Origin: an uncultured Planctomycetales bacterium
Lineage (GTDB): Bacteria; Omnitrophota; Gorgyraeia; Zapsychrales; JANLHA01
DNA length: 64,000 bases
Assembly (NCBI GenBank): GCA_964450385.1
Contig: CAYVEC010000011.1
Coordinates: 150-64,149 of the forward strand
Direction: 5' to 3'
Below are positions 49,499 through 57,639 of the stretch, one piece after another. The position numbers and the translations under genes are program-made. A model generated the notes under the pieces. That model was not told the DNA's origin and searched no databases. It saw nothing but the letters and a program-made list of their open reading frames with translations. The first letter of the stretch is position 1; each line of letters opens with the position of its first letter.

Positions 49499-50369
49499 TG
49501 GGGCCGAGTTTTTACCGGCGTGTCTCCGCTGTGTCGCGGATCAGGCCGCAGACGGGGTGCGGCATGTCCTTGTGGTTGAAGCCTCATCGACGGACGCTAC
49601 GGTCGATTTGGCCCATGAGGCTGTCGAACGTTTTGCCCATGTGGGGTGTATGGTGGTTTCGAAGCGGGAGCGACAGGGGCCGTATCACGCGCTCAATCAA
49701 GCGATTTCGGCAAGCGATGCCGACGTTATCGGTATCCTCAATGTTGATGACGCGTATGAACCTGGCACCCTTCGTCGGGTTAAGGATGTTTTTGCTGGTG
49801 TCGAATCTCCGGGTCTGGTCGTGGCAAATTGCCGGGTTGAGGATGGGGGAGGTCGGCAGATCTATATCAACCGGCCATCGCGGCTGCGGCTTGCGGATCT
49901 TTTGCTGGGATTTGCCGTGTGTCCGCATCCGGTGAATCCGTCGGCATATTTTTATCATCGCCGGCTCCATGAACGGATCGGCATGTATGAAGGGCATCCT
50001 GCGGCCGATCTGGAATTTATTCTCCGCGCGGTTCAGGCGGCGCATGTTGTACACGTCGATGAGGTGTGGGGTCGGTATCGTTTTCGTTCTGGCACGATCA
50101 CGCATGATGACGCCGCATCGGGTGTTGGGGCAGAGAGGTATCAGGAGATCTTGGAGCGATATCAGGCCGCACTCATGCCGTGGGAAAGGGCCCTGCTCCC
50201 TTGTCGGCTCGTGTGGCATCATCATGCCGTTGCGGCGTGGCGTGAGGCCGCGGGGACCGGACCACTCGGATCCAAGGCGGGCCGGGTCTGGAGACGGGTG
50301 AGTGACTATCGGCCGTTTTATCAGCGTCACCTCAGCGGCGAGGGCGCAGGGAGGCGATCATGGGATTAG
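49452..50369 (+). CDS. Glycosyltransferase family 2
   Basis: IDIITPVYNGAEFL...GILNVDDAYEPG. Track ORF begins at 49257; ATG 49452 chosen. Confidence 0.7.
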   Translation: MTGGSVRIDIITPVYNGAEFLPACLRCVADQAADGVRHVLVVEASSTDATVDLAHEAVERFAHVGCMVVSKRERQGPYHALNQAISASDADVIGILNVDDAYEPGTLRRVKDVFAGVESPGLVVANCRVEDGGGRQIYINRPSRLRLADLLLGFAVCPHPVNPSAYFYHRRLHERIGMYEGHPAADLEFILRAVQAAHVVHVDEVWGRYRFRSGTITHDDAASGVGAERYQEILERYQAALMPWERALLPCRLVWHHHAVAAWREAAGTGPLGSKAGRVWRRVSDYRPFYQRHLSGEGAGRRSWD

Positions 50370-52171
50370 GTAAACGGGTGCGGTTATTGGCACGTATTTA
50401 TAAACGCGCCGGGGTGACCCCTTGGTTGTTCGGGATCCAGATGCTCGGTAACGCCGTGACGAGCGCCCTCGAGGGGGTCAAGGTCGCGCTTCTTCTTCCC
50501 CTGGGGTATGGGCTGATCCGTCATGACTTTTCGTTTCTGCGCGGCCTGGTATGGCTGCGCCTGCCCGGGCCGTTTCAAGAGGCAGCCGCGTCTGGTGGGG
50601 ACCGGCCCTTGTTCTTTGCCCTTGCCGGGGTTCTGGTCGTTGTTGTGATCGCGAAGAGCGCCTTTCTTTTTGTGTTTCTGAAATATTTTTCTCTCCGGCG
50701 GATGGAATATCAGCACCGGCTCAATGCGGAAATTTTTGATCGTTATCTTACCTATGGGAAACGTTTTTTTGATCAGCGGTCGATGGGCGAACTTCGTCAG
50801 GCCTTTGGGTTTGTTCATCAGGTCTTCCAATTCCTCGAAGGGATCAACGGGTCGATGAGGGACGCCTTGACGCTCGCGGTCTATGCCATCGTGATGTTCA
50901 TTGTAAGCTGGCCGATGGCGCTTGCCGTCGGAGCGGGCATGACTGTTTTATACATGATCTTTGAGCCGGGGATGCAGCGGATCCGGCGGATCTCGAAGGA
51001 CCAGGTCCGGGCGGGCCGCGCTTGGGAACAGCATCTCTACGGTTTTTTTACGACGCATGAATTAACCCTTGCCTACGAACAGCAGGATTTTGAACGCCAG
51101 CGTTTTAGCGGCCTGCTGAGAGCCGAGGAGGCGCTGGGTCTCCGGACGTTTATGGAGCGGTATCGAATGAGGCGTGCCCAAGAAACGGGAGCGGTCTTTT
51201 TCCTCCTCGGGATCATTTATATGATCGCCTTTGTTTTTGCCCCGTCTTCGGATTATGAGACAACGGTGTATCTGCTGTTCTTATATCTTGCACAGGGGGT
51301 GATGGCCCGGACGGGTTGGATCCTCTCGAGGTTTGCGTCGTTTGCCGAACTTGACGAGCCGATGCGGCAGTTGATGGAAATCCTCTCCCGGCGTCAGGAA
51401 TACGAGGTGACGGGCGGGGCGCGGCGTTTTGAGGGATTGCGCGACGGGATCAGGATCCGGGGGTTGGACTTTTCCTATACGTCCGATCGGCGGGCCCTGA
51501 AAGGGTTGGACGCGGATTTTTTGAAAGGGAAGGTGAGCGCGCTCGTGGGGCCGACGGGTGCCGGGAAATCAACGATCGCCGCGCTCCTCATGCGTTTTTA
51601 TACATGCCCCCGGGGGATGATCTTTGTCGATGGTGTGGACCTCTGTGATCTTGAGATCGCCTCGTGGCGGCAGAGGATCTCGTTCGTGAGCCAGAACGTC
51701 CTTATTGCCCCCGGGACCATAGGGGAGAACATCACCTATAGCGTTCCGTCACCGGTCTCGGATGCGAGGATCCGTGAGGTTCTCCGCCAGACACAGTTGC
51801 TCGACTTTGTGGCCGGCCTGCCCTTGGGGCTCGACACGCCGGTCGGCGATGTTGGGACCTTGCTTTCCGGGGGGGAGCGCCAGCGGATCGCGATCGCCCG
51901 GGCCCTGTTAAAGGATCCTGAGATCCTCATTCTCGATGAGGCAACGAGCTCTCTAGACAGCCTGACGGAAAAGGAGGTTCAGGCTGCGATCCGTTCTGCG
52001 GTTGTAGGGCGGACCGCGATCGTGATCGCGCATCGACTTTCAACAATCCAAAATGCCGATTGCATTTACGTAGTTGAGCATGGACAATGTAGAGAGAAGG
52101 GGGCGCTGGGTGAACTCCTAAAACGTCAGGGGACATTTTATCATTTGTGGCAGGCCCAGCAGTTTGATTGA
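50360..52171 (+). CDS. ABC exporter, fused permease-ATPase (MsbA/lipid-flippase-like)
   Basis: Six predicted TM helices. Walker A GPTGAGKST. Signature LSGGERQRIAIARAL. Walker B ILILDEATS. Confidence 0.85.
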   Translation: MGLGKRVRLLARIYKRAGVTPWLFGIQMLGNAVTSALEGVKVALLLPLGYGLIRHDFSFLRGLVWLRLPGPFQEAAASGGDRPLFFALAGVLVVVVIAKSAFLFVFLKYFSLRRMEYQHRLNAEIFDRYLTYGKRFFDQRSMGELRQAFGFVHQVFQFLEGINGSMRDALTLAVYAIVMFIVSWPMALAVGAGMTVLYMIFEPGMQRIRRISKDQVRAGRAWEQHLYGFFTTHELTLAYEQQDFERQRFSGLLRAEEALGLRTFMERYRMRRAQETGAVFFLLGIIYMIAFVFAPSSDYETTVYLLFLYLAQGVMARTGWILSRFASFAELDEPMRQLMEILSRRQEYEVTGGARRFEGLRDGIRIRGLDFSYTSDRRALKGLDADFLKGKVSALVGPTGAGKSTIAALLMRFYTCPRGMIFVDGVDLCDLEIASWRQRISFVSQNVLIAPGTIGENITYSVPSPVSDARIREVLRQTQLLDFVAGLPLGLDTPVGDVGTLLSGGERQRIAIARALLKDPEILILDEATSSLDSLTEKEVQAAIRSAVVGRTAIVIAHRLSTIQNADCIYVVEHGQCREKGALGELLKRQGTFYHLWQAQQFD

Positions 52172-52172
52172 G

Positions 52173-53408
52173 ATGAAAGTTCTTCATATTACTACACAGT
52201 TAGAGGGCGGGGCCGGTCGCTCGGTCCAACGTCTCTGCCTTGCGCTGAAGGCCCAGGACGTTGAGGCGGCGCCGCTCGCGCTCGTGAATCAGTCCTCAGG
52301 GATTCTCCGGCGGCCGCTATCCGTATTGGCCCGGTGGAAGATTGGCGCCGAGCAGGCCCACATCAGGCGGCGGGCGCTGGACACCTCGGAAATGTTCTCG
52401 TCTGATCAGGCCCTTGTCGATGTCGCGCATCATCCGGGGATCCGGGAGGCCGACGTCATTCATCTCCATTGGGTGGTGGGGATGATTGATTATGTGCACT
52501 TTTTTAGCCATGCGGGGGATCGTCCGATCGTTTGGACGCTCCATGACATGAATCCCTTTACAGGGGGATGTCATTACAGCGCGGGGTGCCAACGTTATAT
52601 CGAAGGCTGCGGGGCGTGCCCGCAGTTGCGTCGCCGTCAGGCTCATGATGTCTCGTTCGCGATCGCGCACAGGAAACGAGAGGCCCTTCTTCGGGTGCCA
52701 CATCTGCATCTTGTCGCACCGAGCCAGTGGATCGCTGACGCGGTCCAACGCAGCGCGGTCATGGGCCATCTGCCGGTCAGCGTGATCCCGAACACGGTTC
52801 CGACCGAGGCCTTTGTGCCGGCCGATAAGGCGCGCGCCAAACGGATTTGCGGGTTAGTGGAAGAGAGTTTTGTTATTTTATTCGTGGCGGATTATGATAC
52901 TCCCCGGAAGGGATTCGGGTGCCTTAAGGAGGCGATTGAACGGCTCGTGCGTCTTGAGGGCGGGTCACGGGTCTGTCTCATGACGCTCGGCCGGGTTGAC
53001 CGGTCGTTGATCAAGGACATCCCGTGCCAGGTGAAAGAGATGGGGTTTAAAGAATCGGATTATGATGTGGCCCGATGCTACGATGCCGCTGATGTGGTCG
53101 CGGTGCCGTCCGTCGAGGATAATTATCCGAATGTCGCGCTTGAGGCCATGGCCTGCGGCCGGCCGGTCGTGGCGTCGGCGGTCGGGGGATTGAAGGAAAT
53201 GATCGTTGATGGGCATAACGGATTCCTCGTTCCGCCAGGCGATGCCGGAGCCCTTGCCGAAAAACTCTCCCGTTGTCTTCATAACGCTGTTCTCTGTCAG
53301 ACCATGGGTGAGGCCGCACGTCATCATGTGACCGCGTGCAATGCGCCGGATGTCTGCGCCCAGACATACGCCGCGTTATATGACCAGTTGATCCGTCAGA
53401 ACCATTAA
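52173..53408 (+). CDS. Glycosyltransferase family 4 (group 1)
   Basis: PSVEDNYPNVALEAMACGRPVVAS...GFLVPPGD. Track start 52164 is TTG. Confidence 0.8.
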   Translation: MKVLHITTQLEGGAGRSVQRLCLALKAQDVEAAPLALVNQSSGILRRPLSVLARWKIGAEQAHIRRRALDTSEMFSSDQALVDVAHHPGIREADVIHLHWVVGMIDYVHFFSHAGDRPIVWTLHDMNPFTGGCHYSAGCQRYIEGCGACPQLRRRQAHDVSFAIAHRKREALLRVPHLHLVAPSQWIADAVQRSAVMGHLPVSVIPNTVPTEAFVPADKARAKRICGLVEESFVILFVADYDTPRKGFGCLKEAIERLVRLEGGSRVCLMTLGRVDRSLIKDIPCQVKEMGFKESDYDVARCYDAADVVAVPSVEDNYPNVALEAMACGRPVVASAVGGLKEMIVDGHNGFLVPPGDAGALAEKLSRCLHNAVLCQTMGEAARHHVTACNAPDVCAQTYAALYDQLIRQNH

Positions 53409-53409
53409 G

Positions 53410-54372
53410 ATGATCGAGACGCATAGATCCAAAGGGGAATGGCCGCAAACGGGCCGCCGGGGGTGGCCGTGGGATCTGCCCGTTTATCCGGAGGTGGTGC
53501 CTCCCCGGAATTCGGACGTTCGGCCCGTGATCAGTATCGTTATTCCGAATTATAATCATGGCCTTTTCATTGAAACGGCGATCCGGTCGGTTCTTCTCCA
53601 GGATTTTCCAGCTGAACTGATTATTATCGATGAGGGGTCGACTGATGACTCTTTGGAAATTATCCGCAGGTATGCTCCACGGCTTGCGTTTTGGTCAACC
53701 GGTCCGTGGCGCGGGCAGACCGAGGTCCTTAATGAGGGTTTGGCCCGAGCCTCCGGAGAGATCGTCTCGTGGCTCTGCAGTGATGATTATTTTTTGCCTG
53801 GAGCGTTCCGCCGGGTCGCGGACGCCTTTGCTGCGGACCCGGCCGCGGGGATCGTGGCTGGTCGAGGGCTGTATCGCAATAGCCGAGACCCCGCGGAGCA
53901 ATGGACTTTTGTTCCGCGGCTCTGGGAGGCGGTACCCGCGGCGACGCCGTTCGCCCAACCGAGTTGTTTTTTTAAGAAGGCGCTGGTGGGCCGTGATCCG
54001 ATTCTCGATAGCCGGTTCGCGTATGCGATGGATGTCGAATTGTGGGCGCGTTTAAAACATCAGGGAGTTCGACCGTTGTATATTGATGATCTTTTAAGCG
54101 TGAGTCAGGTCCGGCACGGGAATAAGACGAGCCGGAATCCCGAGGCGGTTTTTTGTGAGTTCCAAAGTATCTATGAACGCTACGCGCCGGAGAAGGCGGG
54201 GCTTGCCCGCTGGCATCGGCGGTTGCGGTATCCTGTTGAACGGTTTTGGCAGGCACACCCTGGGTGGGGCTGGAAGTTTTTGTTTGGTCCGTGGTGGGCG
54301 GTCGTGACACTGGTCCTGATGGCCGTTTACGGCCGCGATGCCTGGTGGATGCGCTGGATGAGGTGGGGATAA
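53410..54372 (+). CDS. Glycosyltransferase family 2
   Basis: VISIVIPNYNHGLFIETAIRSVLLQ...IIIDEGSTDDS. Confidence 0.75.
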   Translation: MIETHRSKGEWPQTGRRGWPWDLPVYPEVVPPRNSDVRPVISIVIPNYNHGLFIETAIRSVLLQDFPAELIIIDEGSTDDSLEIIRRYAPRLAFWSTGPWRGQTEVLNEGLARASGEIVSWLCSDDYFLPGAFRRVADAFAADPAAGIVAGRGLYRNSRDPAEQWTFVPRLWEAVPAATPFAQPSCFFKKALVGRDPILDSRFAYAMDVELWARLKHQGVRPLYIDDLLSVSQVRHGNKTSRNPEAVFCEFQSIYERYAPEKAGLARWHRRLRYPVERFWQAHPGWGWKFLFGPWWAVVTLVLMAVYGRDAWWMRWMRWG

Positions 54373-55226
54373 TGCGATTTTCAGTGATCGTACCTTTTTT
54401 GAATGAGGAGCCCTACATATCGGCATGCGCCCGCGGGATCTTGCATCAGCATGGCACCGCCGGGGATCATGAGGCGATCTTTGTTGATAACGGGTCAACA
54501 GATGGCTCGTGTGATCAGCTTGCCGCGTTTCCTCGGATCCGGGTGATCACCTGCGCCCAGGGTAACGTCTATCACGCCCGGAACCGGGCGGCGGCCGAGG
54601 CATCGGGTGAGGTCCTCGTGTTTACCGATGGCGATTGCGTTCCTTCCCCGGAATGGCTCCTCGCGGTTGAGGAGGCCTTGGCTGACCCCGATTGCGACCT
54701 TGTGACCGGGCCGCGGCTTTTTCATCCCGAGCGGAGCCGTTGGCTCGAGGTCTTTGAGTGGTATGAGAATGCCAAGGCTGAATATGTGTTCCGTCATGAC
54801 CTGGGCCCATGGCTTTTTGGCTACACGAACAATCTTGCGGTGCGCGCGAATGTCTTTCATGCCGTCGGAGGATTCGCGGAGGATGAGCCGGTGAGCGCGG
54901 ATACGGATTTTGTTCAGCGGGTCTGGGCCTTGTCCGCGCGGCCGAATTGCTGTTTCCATCCCGAGATGCGGGTCGTGCATCTTGAGGTGAGGTCGTTTGT
55001 GGATTGGATGAACAAACTCTTTGTCTATGGGCAGGCGAACGAGCGGTTAATGGCGAGCTCGGCATCGTATCATCCCCTCTCGGTCTCGATGCGGCGGGAG
55101 GTCGCTGGGCGGGTCTTAGAACGGGTTCGGCCGTTGCCTCGCGCGGCGATGCTGGGGGCGCTGGGTCTGGGCCAACTCGCCTATTGGGCAGGCGCGGCGA
55201 AGACACGGATCGGTAGGCATGGATAA
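54372..55226 (+). CDS. Glycosyltransferase family 2
   Basis: MRFSVIVPFLNEEPYI...FVDNGSTDGS...FTDGDC. TAATG overlap with the upstream gene. Confidence 0.75.
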   Translation: MRFSVIVPFLNEEPYISACARGILHQHGTAGDHEAIFVDNGSTDGSCDQLAAFPRIRVITCAQGNVYHARNRAAAEASGEVLVFTDGDCVPSPEWLLAVEEALADPDCDLVTGPRLFHPERSRWLEVFEWYENAKAEYVFRHDLGPWLFGYTNNLAVRANVFHAVGGFAEDEPVSADTDFVQRVWALSARPNCCFHPEMRVVHLEVRSFVDWMNKLFVYGQANERLMASSASYHPLSVSMRREVAGRVLERVRPLPRAAMLGALGLGQLAYWAGAAKTRIGRHG

Positions 55227-56208
55227 CGGGGATCACGGAAAGATCTATTCGGTGATCGTTCCGGCACGGAACGTCCAGGCGACACTCGCCTCGAGCCTTG
55301 CCGCGATCCGACGGGCATGGGTCGAGGGGGGAGAGCTTATTGTCGTCGATGACGCAAGCAGTGACACGACCGCTGAGGTCGCCGGCCGGTATGCCGACGA
55401 GGTGATCCAAAACTCTCGGCGTGTGGGCCGGGCCGCGGCGCGGAACATCGGGGTCGAGGCCTCGTCGGGCGGGGTCCTTATTTTTATCGACGCGGATGTT
55501 GAGATTGAGGCGGGGACCTTAGAGCGGGCACTCGCCCTGTTTCGGGACAATAGTGATATCGATGGGGTCTCCGGGGTTCTTTCGGCCGCAGAACGCACGG
55601 GCGGATGGTTTACGGACTACAAAAATCTTTATATGCACGTTGTTTTTTCACAGGTCAGGGGGGATGCGGCGTTCCTCTTTTCATCGTTCTGCGCGCTTCG
55701 CCGACGGGCCTGGGAGCCGTTTGATGAGACCTTTGCGGCGGGAGAGGATACGGAGCTCGGGGCCCGGCTGGCCCGGTCAGGGCATTGTCTTGTCGTGGAT
55801 CCGGGGCTCGAGGTGGTGCACCGCAAAAGCTACTCGTTCTTGTCCTTGATGAAAAATGACGCGATCATTCCCTTCTGGTGGGCGCGGATTCTGTTAAAAT
55901 ATTTCGAGGTGTCCGGAGTGGGCGGGGATCACGTGATGGCGCATGCCTCGTATACCCAGACCGTGAGCCTGGCTGTGAGCGGACTTTTGGTCGCAGACCT
56001 GATCGCCCGTCCGGCCTGGATGCCGGACATGGTGACGGCCGGACTTGTGCTTGTGTGGTCGGCCCTGAACGCGAGGTTTTTGTCGTATGGCAGCCGGCAT
56101 CGGGGGCTGGGATGGCTTGTCGGAGCGGTTGCCCTGACCCTCGCGGATCAGACGGTGATGCTGATCGGCGCCCTCGCGGGCCTTGTCTGGTGGACGCTAA
56201 AAAGGTAG
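55219..56208 (+). CDS. GT2 polyprenyl-phosphate glycosyltransferase-like (GtrB/ArnC/DPM1-type) with C-terminal TM helices
   Basis: YSVIVPARN...VVDDASSDTT...FIDADV GT2-A core, followed by two hydrophobic C-terminal helices. Confidence 0.65.
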   Translation: MDNGDHGKIYSVIVPARNVQATLASSLAAIRRAWVEGGELIVVDDASSDTTAEVAGRYADEVIQNSRRVGRAAARNIGVEASSGGVLIFIDADVEIEAGTLERALALFRDNSDIDGVSGVLSAAERTGGWFTDYKNLYMHVVFSQVRGDAAFLFSSFCALRRRAWEPFDETFAAGEDTELGARLARSGHCLVVDPGLEVVHRKSYSFLSLMKNDAIIPFWWARILLKYFEVSGVGGDHVMAHASYTQTVSLAVSGLLVADLIARPAWMPDMVTAGLVLVWSALNARFLSYGSRHRGLGWLVGAVALTLADQTVMLIGALAGLVWWTLKR

Positions 56209-56220
56209 GAAGGAAATAAG

Positions 56221-57639
56221 ATGACGGATCATGCGGCACATTGTGTGATCGGGGCAGGTCCGAGCGGGCTGGCCTGCGCGGATGTCTTGACCCGGGCCTC
56301 GGCCCCGTGTCGTGTCCTTGAGCAGGACGCCGACGTGGGGGGGATGTGCCGAACGATTGATTTTCACGGGTATCTCTTCGATCTCGGCGGGCACCGGTTC
56401 TTGTCCAAGGATCCCGGTGTCAATGCTTTGTGGCGGTCGGTCCTGGGAGACGACCTCCATCAGGTGCAGCGGCTGAGCAGGATCTTTTATCGCCGCCGTT
56501 TTTTCAATTATCCCCTAAGCTTTCTCAATACCTTTTGGAACCTGGGTCCGGTCGAGAGCGTCTGGTCCGTCGGGAGTTTTTTCGCGTCCAAGGTCTTTCA
56601 TCGTGGCGATGAGGAGACCTTTGAGGGATGGATCATCCGTCATTTCGGCCGGCGGCTTTATGAGATTTTTTTTAAGTCGTACACGGAAAAGGTCTGGGGG
56701 ATGGAATGCCGTCATATCTCCGCCGAGTGGGCGAAACAGCGGATCATGGGACTGTCGCTCCGCGCGGCGCTTCAGAAGGCGCTACTGGGTCATTCGGCGC
56801 GCGCCGGGCGGACCCTTTATGAGCGTTTTCTCTATCCAGTGAGAGGGCCGGGCCAATTTTATGGGCGACTGGCCGACCGGATCACCGATGCGGGTGGGGA
56901 GATCACGCGCCAGGCCCGGGTGGAACGGATCTTTTGGTGCGGTCGCAGCGTCGAGGCGGTTGGGGTCACGGGGCCCGACGGCGACGTGCGGCGGATGACC
57001 GTGGACCATCTGTTCTCGAGCATGGCCGCAGGCGACGTGATCCGCGCCATGGACCCGCGTCCGCCGGAGGCGGTGATCGCGGCGGCAGAACAGCTTCGGT
57101 TCCGAGGGTTTATTTCGGTGAATGTTATTCTGGACAAGGAGACTGTCTTTCCTGATCAGTGGATCTATGTGCATTCGCCGGAGGTGAAGCTCGGCCGGAT
57201 CCAGAATTATAAAAATTGGAGCCCGGCCATGGTCGCGGATTATCATAAGACGACCCTGGGGTTGGAATATTTTTGTTCACCGGGCGACGCTGTCTGGGAG
57301 ATGAACGACGAGGATATGATCGGCTTCGCCCTTGATGAGCTTGAACGGACCGGGATCGTTTCGCGCCGGTATCTGATCAATGCCTTTGTCACCCGGTGCC
57401 CGCAGGCCTATCCGGTCTACGCCCTCGGGTACCGCGCGGCCCTCGAGACCGTGCGTCACTATTTGACCGGATTCGAGAACCTGTATATGATGGGTCGGCA
57501 GGGATTGTTCCGATATTGCAATTCGGATCACGCGATGATCATGGGTCGGCTCGCCGCAGAAAAGGCCCTGGGCCGTTCTTCAGCGGACCTCTGGGCCACC
57601 GACGGAAAGAACGGGTATTTAGAGACCGAGGATCTGTAA
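56221..57639 (+). CDS. FAD-dependent oxidoreductase (amine-oxidase/protoporphyrinogen-oxidase-like fold)
   Basis: N-terminal dinucleotide-binding motif CVIGAGPSGLACA...GG. 472 aa. RBS GGAAGGAA. Confidence 0.7.
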   Translation: MTDHAAHCVIGAGPSGLACADVLTRASAPCRVLEQDADVGGMCRTIDFHGYLFDLGGHRFLSKDPGVNALWRSVLGDDLHQVQRLSRIFYRRRFFNYPLSFLNTFWNLGPVESVWSVGSFFASKVFHRGDEETFEGWIIRHFGRRLYEIFFKSYTEKVWGMECRHISAEWAKQRIMGLSLRAALQKALLGHSARAGRTLYERFLYPVRGPGQFYGRLADRITDAGGEITRQARVERIFWCGRSVEAVGVTGPDGDVRRMTVDHLFSSMAAGDVIRAMDPRPPEAVIAAAEQLRFRGFISVNVILDKETVFPDQWIYVHSPEVKLGRIQNYKNWSPAMVADYHKTTLGLEYFCSPGDAVWEMNDEDMIGFALDELERTGIVSRRYLINAFVTRCPQAYPVYALGYRAALETVRHYLTGFENLYMMGRQGLFRYCNSDHAMIMGRLAAEKALGRSSADLWATDGKNGYLETEDL

